The notes under the pieces: model-generated
The model's input: the letters and a program-made list of their open reading frames with translations, nothing else
Told to the model about the DNA's origin: nothing
Database searches by the model: none
Made by a program: the position numbers and the translations under genes
Shown: positions 8,029 to 16,683 of the stretch, in pieces
Layout: each line of letters starts with the position of its first letter
Position numbering within the stretch: the stretch's first letter is position 1
Origin: Mucisphaera calidilacus
Lineage (GTDB): Bacteria; Planctomycetota; Phycisphaerae; Phycisphaerales; Phycisphaeraceae
Assembly (NCBI RefSeq): GCF_007748075.1
Contig: NZ_CP036280.1
Span: 2,460,001-2,492,000, forward strand
Length of the DNA: 32,000 bases
Reading direction: 5' to 3'

Positions 8029-9783
8029 ATGCGTGGCATGGTGACACTGAATCAGTCGTTGACAGAGGCGTTGGGTCGTGCGGCGGGGGCTGCGCTGGGT
8101 GCGGAGCACGCGGGGGTGGATCCGATCCTCAAGCCGGCTCGTGACCCGAAGCACGGGGACGTGCAGGCGAACCTGGCGATGGGTCTGGGGAAGAAGCTGG
8201 GGCGGCCGCCTCGTGAGGTGGCGGAGCGGATCGTGGGTGCGCTGGACCACGCGGGTTTCGCGGACGGCGTGGCGGTGGCGGGGCCGGGGTTCATCAACAT
8301 CACGCTCAAGCCGGCTTTCGTGGCGGGATTGCTGGCCGAGCAGCGTCGTGACGAGCGGCTGGGCGTCACCCCCCTGCCGGCGGACCCGGTGGTGGTGGAT
8401 TACTCGGCGCCGAACGCGGCGAAGGAGATGCACGTCGGGCATTTGCGGTCGTCGGTGATCGGGGATGCGTTGGCGCGGATGCTGTCGTTTGCGGGGCGGG
8501 AGGTGATCCGTCAGAACCACCTGGGCGACTGGGGGACGCAGTTCGGGATGCTGATCGAGCACCTGCTGGACGTGGAGGCGGAGCACGGGGGGGGGACGTC
8601 GTCGGACGTGGCAGAGCTGAATGTTTTCTACAAGGCGGCGAAGGCGAAGTTTGATGCGGACAAGGCGTTCGCGGAGCGTTCGCGTCGGCGTGTGGTGGCG
8701 TTGCAGTCCGGTGATGCAGTGACGCTGGAGCGTTGGCAGCAGCTGATCGAGGTCTCGCGGACTTATTTCGCGGCGGTGTATGAGCGTCTGGGTGTGCTGC
8801 TGACGGACGCGGATATCCGGGGCGAGTCGTTCTACAACGACCGGCTGGCGGGAACGCTGGAGCGGTTCGCGTCGGCGGGTCAGCTGGCGGAGAGTCAGGG
8901 CGCGACGGTGATCTACCCGGAGGGGTTTGCGGATCGTGACGGGAACCCGATGCCGATGATCGTGCGCAAGTCGGACGGGGGATATCTGTACGCGACGACG
9001 GACCTGGCGGCGGCGCTGTTCCGGATCGAGGAACTCAGGGTGGCGCAGTCGGTGTACGTGACGGACTCGCGTCAGTCGCCTCACTTCGCGATGTTCTTTC
9101 AGGCGCTGAGGCAGGCCGGCTTTGTGCCCGAGGGGGTGCGGCTGGATCACGTTCCGTTCGGGACGGTGCTGGGGCCGGACCGCAAGCCGTTCAAGTCGCG
9201 GTCGGGGGACACGATCAAGCTGATCGATCTGATCGATGAGGCGGAGTCGCGGGCGGGGGCGGCGGTGGCGGCGAAGAACCCGGACCTGACGGAGGCGGAG
9301 CGGGCGGCGGTCGCGCACGCGGTGGGCGTGGGTGCGCTGAAGTACGCGGACCTGTCGAACGACCGGATTAAGGATTACGTGTTTGACTGGGAGCGGATGC
9401 TGGCGTTGGAGGGGAACACCGCGCCGTACTTGATTTATTCGTACGTGCGGATCCGCTCGATCTTCCGCAAGGGTGAGCTGAAACCCGAGGCTTATGGCGC
9501 GACGTCGGTGTCGCTGGATGACCCGGACGAGAAGGGTCTGGCGCTTCACCTGCTGCGGTTCGGTGAGACGTTTGACGGGGCGCTGGACGCGTTGGAGCCG
9601 CACCGTCTGTGCACGTATCTGTACGAGCTGGCGGCGAAGTTCCACCGGTTCTTTGAGCATTGCCCGGTGCTGAAGGCGGAGGCGGGTGTGCGTGCGTCGC
9701 GGCTGGCGTTGTGCGCGGAGACGGCGCGGACGCTGCGTGCGGGTCTGGGTCTGCTGGGCATCGAGACGGTGGAGAAGATGTAG
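8029..9783 (+). CDS. argS: Arginine--tRNA ligase
   Basis: 584 aa. Class I HIGH motif (HVGHLRS) and an ArgS-type FKSRSGDTIKL motif, with a C-terminal anticodon-binding region. The start could instead be the ATG at 8038. It contains an in-frame G9 tract (8587-8595). Confidence 0.95.
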   Translation: MRGMVTLNQSLTEALGRAAGAALGAEHAGVDPILKPARDPKHGDVQANLAMGLGKKLGRPPREVAERIVGALDHAGFADGVAVAGPGFINITLKPAFVAGLLAEQRRDERLGVTPLPADPVVVDYSAPNAAKEMHVGHLRSSVIGDALARMLSFAGREVIRQNHLGDWGTQFGMLIEHLLDVEAEHGGGTSSDVAELNVFYKAAKAKFDADKAFAERSRRRVVALQSGDAVTLERWQQLIEVSRTYFAAVYERLGVLLTDADIRGESFYNDRLAGTLERFASAGQLAESQGATVIYPEGFADRDGNPMPMIVRKSDGGYLYATTDLAAALFRIEELRVAQSVYVTDSRQSPHFAMFFQALRQAGFVPEGVRLDHVPFGTVLGPDRKPFKSRSGDTIKLIDLIDEAESRAGAAVAAKNPDLTEAERAAVAHAVGVGALKYADLSNDRIKDYVFDWERMLALEGNTAPYLIYSYVRIRSIFRKGELKPEAYGATSVSLDDPDEKGLALHLLRFGETFDGALDALEPHRLCTYLYELAAKFHRFFEHCPVLKAEAGVRASRLALCAETARTLRAGLGLLGIETVEKM

Positions 9784-9788
9784 GTCGA

Positions 9789-9987
9789 TCAGGTGGGCGG
9801 GAGGAGTCTTCGGAGGCTTCGGCCGTACTCGACGGCGAGTTCGACGACGCGGTCCATGGATTCCTGGACGATGATGTGGTCGCCGTTGATGAGCTTGATG
9901 GTGGTGTCGGGTTGGCCTCTCGACGGAGCGGATCAGCTCGGCGTTGATGATGAAGTGTTGTCCGTTGAGTCGGGTGACCTTGATCAT
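9789..9987 (-). pseudogene. flbD: Flagellar protein FlbD, interrupted by one extra nucleotide near 9918
   Basis: MIKVTRLNGQHFIINAELIRSVE is in frame with the ATG at 9987. The rest of a typical FlbD (GQPDTTIKLINGDHIIVQESMDRVVELAVEYGRSLRRLLPPT*) is one frame over. As sequenced, the ORF runs on as 710 aa of Arg/His/Pro junk antisense to argS. Confidence 0.75.
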
Positions 9988-10019
9988 GGCGGTTGGTTCA
10001 TGGCGTCAGGGTGCGTGGC

Positions 10020-11746
10020 TTATCGGATGATGGGAGAGGAGTTCGTCGAGGAGTTGGTCGCTGGTGGAGATGACGCGTGAGTTGGCGGAGAAGCCGGTGG
10101 AGGCGGAGATGATGTTGATGAACTCTTCGGTGAGTTCGACGTTGGAGAGTTCGAGTTTGCGGCCGATGACGACGCTGAGCCGCCGGAGCCGGGGTCGACG
10201 ACGGTGGCGATGCCGGGTTGCTGGAGGCGCGGAAGAGGGATCCGCCGAGTTCTTCGAGGCCCTCGTTGTTGGAGAACATGGCGAGGGGGATCTGTCCGAG
10301 GGTTCGGAGGAGCCCGTTGGAGAAGACGCCGTTGATCTCGCCGTTGCTGAGGACTTCGAAGTCCTCGAGGGTGCCGAGTGAGAATCCGTCCTGGCTGGTG
10401 GCGGAGATCTTGGACCCGATGCCGGGGTTGTCGAAGGCGGAGGTGTAGCCGACGGAGTTGGACCACTGGAGGTCGATCTGGACGGGTGATCCGGCTCCGG
10501 TTCCGGAGCGGTCGATGGTGATGGTGGAGTCGCTGGCGCCGATGAACTGGCCGTCGGTGTCGAAGGTGAGGACGCCGGTGCCGACGCGTCGGTCGAGGGC
10601 GACGGTGTCTTCGCTTTCTGCGAAGAAGCGCCAGGTGGTGCCGGAGTTGCTGGTGCCCTCGAGGACGATGTTTGAGGGTGACGGTGAGGGGTGTGCCGAG
10701 GCTGTCGTAGACGACGAAGGTGGTTTGCGCGGACTCGCCGATGGCGGGGTGGTTGAGGTTGTCGGTGGTGAAGTTGAGGGGGGAGACGGGCGTGGCGGAG
10801 TCGGCGTTGACGATGAGGTTGGCGCGTTGGAAGTCGATGGCGTTGCCGGTGCCGAAGTTGCCCTCGAAGCGGAGTTCGCCGGCGGCGGTGACGGAGACGC
10901 CGCCGCTGAGCGAGGTATCGATGCCGAGGAAGTCCTCGTAGAAGTCGAGCAGGTCCTGGACGGTGGCGCCGGAGGCGTCGGCGGTGGAGGGCCCCGGTGG
11001 GAGGACCTCGAAGGTCTTGTCGCCTAGCTGGACGCCGCCCTTGCGAGCTTCGGTGAAGGTGATGACGTCGCCGGCGGCGAAGAGCTGCGTGCCGTCGGCG
11101 CGGTAGAGGGAGTCGAGCGCGGTGGTGGCGTCGATGGGCGTGGCGAGCGTGGCGTCGGTATAGAGGGCTTCGGAGAGGGTGAGGGAGCCTTGCGAGGCGA
11201 TGTCGCCGCCCTTGTGGAGGTTGCCGGCGAACTGGACGGACTCGGTTTCCTGGCGATGGTGAGTTTGCCGATGGGTATGTTGATGTTGGTGAGTTGTCCG
11301 TCGACGATCTGGAAGTCGTTGTCGACGCCGTAGCCCTGGACGCGAGCGCCCTCGGCGGTGACGAGGTCGAAGTCGCGGTCGAGGGTGAAGTTGCCGGCGC
11401 GGGTGTAGAGCTCCTGCCCCTCGAGGTCGACGAGGAAGAAGCCGTTGCCCTGGATGGCCATGTCGGTGGCGACGCCGGTGGGCTGGAGGGCGCCGGAGTT
11501 GAAGTTGCGTGAGATGGCGCCGACGCGGACCCCGAGGCCGATCTGCGCGGGGTTGGAGCCGCCTCGTTCGTTGTTGGGCGCGGTGGCGTTCTGGATGGTG
11601 TCGAGGATCTGGGTCTCGAACTGGATACGGCTTCCCTTGAAGGCGGTGGTGTTGACGTTGGCGATGTTGTTACCGACGACGTCGAGCATCTGGGACGAGC
11701 CGTTCATGCCGGAGAGTCCGGTGAACAGAGAGTGGGTCAGTGGCAT
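10020..11746 (-). pseudogene. flgE: Flagellar hook protein FlgE, five frame disruptions as sequenced
   Basis: N-terminus is MPLTHSLFTGLSGMNGSSQMLDVVGNNIANVNTTAFKG. C-terminal rod/hook motifs are LELSNVELTEEFINIISASTGFSANSRVISTSDQLLDELLSIIR*. Conserved sequence hops frames near 11250, 10670, 10215, 10177 and 10032. Track fragments 11024..11746, 10020..10466 and 9998..10279 each hold part of it. Confidence 0.9.
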
Positions 11747-11782
11747 GGGCTACCTTCTTTCACGAGCGTTTGGCCTGGGTGA

Positions 11783-12049
11783 TCAGGCCTTGTTGGCGGG
11801 TTGTTCGAGCAGTCGCCGGACCGATGCGTTCTCGACATTGTCGAGCGCGTTGAGCATGCGTGCCGCGGGCGATGCGTTTTCGGTTGCGGGTTCGGTCGGG
11901 TCGGTGTCGGTCGTGGCCTGGGCGAGGAGCTGGTCGAAGGGTTGCTGCTCGAAGGCGGGCTTTGCGGCGGACGAGGGGCCCTGCGCCTGTCCGGGTCGGA
12001 CGGCGGGTTCGAGCATGCGTAGCAGGTTCTGGCTCTCGCTGGTGGTCAC
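11783..12049 (-). CDS. Hypothetical 88-aa protein between flgD and flgE
   Basis: ORF with a GTG start (alternative ATG at 12016) and AGGA upstream. It fills the flgD-flgE gap and is Ala/Pro/Gln/acidic-rich. No motif recognised. Other phyla have small, poorly characterised flagellar operon ORFs at this position. Confidence 0.4.
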   Translation of the reverse strand: MTTSESQNLLRMLEPAVRPGQAQGPSSAAKPAFEQQPFDQLLAQATTDTDPTEPATENASPAARMLNALDNVENASVRRLLEQPANKA

Positions 12050-12070
12050 GGCGTGGTGTCCTGGTTGCGT

Positions 12071-12703
12071 TTAGCCGAAGCTGGTGATGGTGGAGGAGGG
12101 GTAGGTCTTGTTGACGCCGTTGCCGAGGTCGACGTCGAGCATGAGGGCGCCGTTCTCGATGAGGACGGACTGGACGGTTCCGGTGAAGTCGTTGCCCTCG
12201 GCGTCGGTGCCGGAGATATTCTGGCCGACGAGCGATGCGCCGTTGAGGGTCACGAGGTCGAGGAGAAGCGACGGCACGATGGCGGGGTCGATCTCGCTGG
12301 CGTTCTCGATGCCCTGGATGAGGCTGCTGTCGACCTCGTCGCCGGTGTCGAGTTTGAATCTGGTGCTGCCGTCGGTGCTGGTGACGGAGAGGACGCGTCC
12401 GGTGACGACCTGACCGGTCTGGGCGACGCCTGTGATGGTCTGTCCGATGAGCGCGGTGGCGGAGGAGAAGGTGTTCTGGTTGACCAGTTTTTCGAGCCCC
12501 TCCTGGAGGGAGTTCTGGGCCTCGATGTTCTGGAGGCCTGAGAGCTGGTCGATGATGGCGGCGGAGTCGTTGGGCTCGAAGGGGTCCTGGTTGCTTAGTT
12601 CCTCGACCATGATGCGGATGAAGTCTTCGCTGGTCATCTCGCCGAAGCGGCTGGAGCTGGTTGCTGTTGCGGCGGCGGTGCCGCCGATGCTTGCTGCGGA
12701 CAT
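12071..12703 (-). CDS. flgD: Flagellar hook capping/assembly protein FlgD
   Basis: 210 aa and intact. FlgD N-terminal signature is SEDFIRIMVEELSNQDPFEPNDSAAIIDQLSGLQ. AGGAGG SD upstream. Confidence 0.9.
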   Translation of the reverse strand: MSAASIGGTAAATATSSSRFGEMTSEDFIRIMVEELSNQDPFEPNDSAAIIDQLSGLQNIEAQNSLQEGLEKLVNQNTFSSATALIGQTITGVAQTGQVVTGRVLSVTSTDGSTRFKLDTGDEVDSSLIQGIENASEIDPAIVPSLLLDLVTLNGASLVGQNISGTDAEGNDFTGTVQSVLIENGALMLDVDLGNGVNKTYPSSTITSFG

Positions 12704-12725
12704 GGCGTCCTCCTGTGGCTGTGCG

Positions 12726-14054
12726 TCAGGCTGCCTGTTCCTGTTCGCTCACGAGGTTGTTGAAGAGCTGGGTGTTGTCGAACTGTTCGTTGCGTGGCCG
12801 CTGGCGTCCCTGCTGTTGTTGCTGCTGGGGGGTCGCGGGCGTCGCGGTTGAGGTTGTCGTCGGTCTGTGACGAGGCGGTGTTCTGGGTCATGGGCTGGAC
12901 CGAGAGCCGGTCGACGCTGAGGCCCTGCGCCTCGAGTCCGGTGCGGAGGCGTGCGAGGTCGCTGGAGAGCGCCTGGTGTCCTGCGCTGGTCTCGGCGTGG
13001 AGTGTGGCGTTGACGCGTGTGCCGGTGAGCTGCATCTGGATGCGCACGGTGCCGAGCTCGGGCGGTGTGAGGCGGAGGGTGACGACGCCGCCCTTCTGCT
13101 GGACGGCGGAGCGGAGGCCGCGGTTGAGGCGGGCGGTGTTGATGTCCTCGTTGGTGGCGTCGTTCTGCGTTGTGGTCGGGGCGCGGGCGTGGCGTTCTCG
13201 GTGCGCTGTGCTGGTGACGCGTCGGCGAGCTGCCTGATGAGCTGGTCGGGTGTGGTGCTGATCGGGCGGTTCTGCGCGGCGGCGTTGAGGTCGATTGCGG
13301 GCTTACTCACGTTGGTATCGGTCTTGGTCTGATCGGGGGCCTTGTCGCTGGACTGCTGCTGCTCGGTCGTGTCCTGCTGGGTCTGGCTGCCGGTCTGGAG
13401 GGTTGGTGTTGTGGTGGGCGTGGCGGGTGCAGTTGCGGCGGACTGGCTGGTGGTGTTGGTCGGCGCGGGTTGATCGGCCTTGGCCGGTTTCGCATCGGCG
13501 GGCACGACCTGCGGCTGGGTGGCGGCCTGCTGGGTCTGCTGGACCGGGTCAGTCGTCTGTGCCGTGGTGTCGGGTGCGGCTTCGGAGGCCTTGACCGTCT
13601 GCTGCTGGCCGCTGGCGAGCGTGGTCGGCGGGGCCTTGCCGTCGTTTTGCGTCGGTGCGGTTTCCGGGGTGGTGATGGTGGCCTGCTCGGGCGGTCGCGG
13701 GAGTTGCTGCGGGGCGACGGCAGGCGTCGGCTGGTTGTCGACGGGCTGTGTTGGCGTTTCGGCCGTGGGCTGTTCGGTGGTCTGCTCGTCGGCCGGTTGT
13801 GTCGGTTCGCTGTCGCTGGTTTCGACGGGTTGGTCGCGCGTGTCTTCGGGCTGTGGTTTGGCGACGCGTCGGGTTTCTCGGCGGGTTTGGCCTGTCGGGC
13901 TTTTCGGGCTTGTCGCGGGGTTCGGTCTTTTCGTGGAGGCGGGTTCCGGCTCGATGCGGAAGACGTCCTGCTGGCGTGAGGATCGGTCGGCGCGCAGGCT
14001 GGTGCTGCGGTCGGTGGTCGCGGAGGTCGGCGGCAGAGCGGGGATGGTGGTCAT
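12726..14054 (-). pseudogene. fliK: Flagellar hook-length control protein FliK, two opposite-sign frame disruptions as sequenced
   Basis: Long Pro/Thr/Gln-rich N-terminal region. The conserved Flg_hook-type C-domain (INTARLNRGLRSAVQQKGGVVTLRLTPPELGTVRIQMQLTGTRVNATLHAETSAGHQALSSDLARLRTGLEAQGLSVDRLSV) lies in a different frame. The tail QQQQQQGRQRPRNEQFDNTQLFNNLVSEQEQAA* returns to the original frame. It sits between the ylxF-like gene and flgD. Confidence 0.7.
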
Positions 14055-14060
14055 GTTTCT

Positions 14061-14785
14061 TTAGAGGGGCGCGTCGGGCTGCGGGATCCCGGCGGCGAGG
14101 GTGGACGGGTCGACGCCTCGGTCGCGGAGGCGTGTGAGCAGGTCGGTGAGGAGGGGCACGTCGGCGGGTGTCTTGAACTCGCGGAGGACGCTGCCGGCCT
14201 TGCGCGGCTGCATGGTGGCGAGGATGTCGACCATCTCGCTGACGCGGCCGTCGCGGTTCATCTGCTCGATGACGGACTTGACCTGTTTTGGCTGGAGGGC
14301 CTCGACCATGGCGACGGCCTGATCGAAGCCTTCCTGGGCGGTGCCGGCCATCTGGTCCTGTTTGTACTGCTCGAAGGCAGCGCGTTCGGCGATGAGTTTT
14401 TCCTGCTCGCGTGTGAGCAGGGACTTGAGGCGTGCGATCTGTCCCTGGAGGGCCTTGGTTTCCTGCTGGAGCCGTTCGAGGCGGTGCATGGCGACCTCGT
14501 CGGAGGCCTGGCGTTGTCCGAGTCGTTCGGTGAGGGAGACGGGCCCTCGGAGACGGCTTTGAGCCGCGCGGCGTCCTCGGCGAGCTGTCTGGCCTCGGCC
14601 TCGAGCCTCCGGGCGTCGTCGATCTGCTGTTGTTCTTCGGTGATGGTGATCCTGAAGAGGTCGACGACTTGGCGCAGGCGGGCCTCGTCGAGTCGGTCGC
14701 TAGTGACGAGCCAGCCGATGCCGACGGCGGCGGCGAGGAGGTGGGCGAGGACGATGAGGTTGAAGCCGAACCAGAGTGATTTCAT
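14061..14785 (-). pseudogene. Flagellar operon membrane protein with MgtE_N-like C-domain (YlxF/FlbB/MotE type), one frame disruption near 14541-14546
   Basis: N-terminal TM (LWFGFNLIVLAHLLAAAVGIGWLV), a coiled coil, then AVAMVEALQPKQVKSVIEQMNRDGRVSEMVDILATMQPRKAGSVLREF. The two track ORFs 14258..14785 and 14061..14489 join as ...RLKAVSEGP|VSLTERLGQRQASDEVAMHRLE. Its position after fliJ matches Bacillus ylxF. Confidence 0.6.
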
Positions 14786-15234
14786 GCGGTGGCCCTCCGG
14801 CTGAGGGTCATCTGGTTGGCGGCTTCATCGAGCGCGTTGGTCTCGCGTCGGTTGAGGTTGCGTTTCCATTCGGTCAGTTCGCGGTCGTGGAGCAGTTCGA
14901 GCGCCTTGCGTCGTTGGATGGCGTGGTTGAGGCGCAGGCGTGCGGCATTGATGTGGGGCTCGGCGGCGGCGATCTGGCGGACGATGCCCTGTCCGGCGGC
15001 GAGCATGTGGTTGCTGTGTCGGCCGAACTGCGTGACGGCGGGGAGGTCGAGTGTGCCGACGAGGGCGTCGCGGAGGCCGGTCTTGCTCTGGCTGATGCGT
15101 TGCTGGGTGTCGACGAGCCGTGCGTGGAGTTGATCCCGTCGTCCGAGCAGCTCGGCGAGTTCGCGCTGCGCCTGCTGTTCGGCACGGCGGCGTTCTTCGA
15201 GGAGCTTCTGGAATCGGAATCGGAACCTTGGCAT
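14782..15234 (-). CDS. fliJ: Flagellar export chaperone/stalk protein FliJ
   Basis: 150-aa coiled-coil ORF. MPRFRFRFQKLLEERRRAEQQAQ... at the start and ...KALELLHDRELTEWKRNLNRRETNALDEAA at the end, a typical FliJ pattern. It directly follows fliI. Confidence 0.75.
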   Translation of the reverse strand: MPRFRFRFQKLLEERRRAEQQAQRELAELLGRRDQLHARLVDTQQRISQSKTGLRDALVGTLDLPAVTQFGRHSNHMLAAGQGIVRQIAAAEPHINAARLRLNHAIQRRKALELLHDRELTEWKRNLNRRETNALDEAANQMTLSRRATA

Positions 15235-15254
15235 GGCGGTTGGTGCTCAGTCTT

Positions 15255-16644
15255 TCATCGCTGGATGGGCGGGTTGGGGCGTGCGCCGGGTCGCTGGCGG
15301 TCGTTGCGTGCCTGCTGGATGACCTGGTTGAGGGCGAGGAGCTGGGACTGGGTCAGGCGGAAGTCGCCGAGGCCCTGGGACTCGTTGCGGCCCTGCTGGA
15401 GCAGGGCGTCGATGTTGGGTTTGAGGTTGATGGCGAGGTCGGCGTCGGGGTTGTTGCCCGAGGCGTAGGCGCCCGATGGTGAGGAGGTCTTCGACCTGCT
15501 CGTAGCTGGCGAGGAGCTTGATGACCTCGCGTCGCGCGACCTCCGTGCTCTTTGGTGATGATGTCGACGGCGACGCGGCTGATGGACTTGAGGATGTCGA
15601 TGGCGGGTAGTGTCCGCGTTCGGCGAGCTTGCGTGAGAGCAGCAGGTGGCCGTCGAGGATGCCCCGGCAGGCCTCGGAGACGGGGTCGTCGAGTTCGTCG
15701 CCCTCGATAAGGACGGAGTAGATGCCGGTGATGGAGCCGGACTGCGTGCGTCCGGAGCGTTCGAGAAGCTTGGGGAGGGTGGCGAAGACGCTGGGGGGGA
15801 AGCCCTTGGTGGCGGGCGGTTCGCCGGCGGCGAGGCCGATCTGGCGGAGGGCCTGGCAGTAGCGTGTGACGGAGTCCATGATGAGCAGGACGTCGCTGCC
15901 GTCGGCTCGGAACCACTCGGCGATGGAGGTGGCGGCCTCGGCGGCGCGGACGCGGAGGGGCGGGGGCTCGTCGCCCGTGGCGACAACGACGACGGAGCGT
16001 GCGAGGCCTTCGGGTCCGAGGACGGACTCGACGTAGTCCTTGACCTCGCGGCCGCGTTCGCCGACGAGTGCGATGACGCTGACGTCGGCGGCGGTGTGGC
16101 GTGCCATGGTGCCGAGGAGCGTGGACTTGCCGAGTCCGGGCGGGGCGAAGACGCCGATGCGTTGCCCGCGTCCGAGTGGTGTCATGGCGTCGACGGCTCG
16201 GACGCCCGTGGCGAGCGGGTGCTCGATGCGTGGGCGCGTCATGGCCTGATCGGGTCTGCGGCGCAGGGGCCACGTGGCGGAGACATCGACCGGCCCGCGA
16301 CCGTCGAGGGGTCGGCCGAGGGCGTCGATGACCCTGCCGAGCAGCGCACGGCCGACGCGAACGGTGGGCCGGTGCTGGAGAGCGACGGCCTCGTCGCCGG
16401 CGCGGATGCCGGCGGCGTCGTCGAGGGGCATGGCGAGCGCGGTGGAGCGCTCGAAGCCGATGATCTCGGCGAGGACGGGGCGTGCGGTCTGGGAGCGAGG
16501 GTGGATGGCGGTGAGGGTGCCGATGGGCGCTGCGAGGTCCTCGACGCGCAGGGTCAGGCCGCGCAATTCTGACACCGTGCCGCGCAATTCCAGCGGGGTG
16601 GCTTCATCGACGAGCCTGAATTGCTCTGCCAAAAGTGTCATCAC
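15255..16644 (-). pseudogene. fliI: Flagellum-specific ATPase FliI, three frame disruptions in the last ~130 codons as sequenced
   Basis: Walker A is GVFAPPGLGKSTLLG, and LLIMDSVTRYCQALRQIGLAAGEPPATKGFPPSVF is also present. After ...LAERGHYP the conserved sequence continues in other frames: AIDILKSISRVAVDIITKEH, then EVARREVIKLLASYEQVEDLLTIG, then AYASGNNPDADLAINL...QR*. Track fragments are 15247..16644, 15353..16273 and 15255..15986. Confidence 0.9.
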
Positions 16645-16683
16645 CGTGTCTCCCTGCGAATAGCGTGCCGGAGCGGGTGGGGA

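Noticed and set aside
9918-15604. Programmed ribosomal frameshifting or transcriptional slippage as the explanation for the flagellar frame shifts.
   Set aside because: There are twelve events of both signs, up to five in one gene. I saw no shared slippery heptamer, and most are not at long homopolymers. The classical programmed-frameshift gene in this window (prfB) has none. Error or recent mutation is far more parsimonious.
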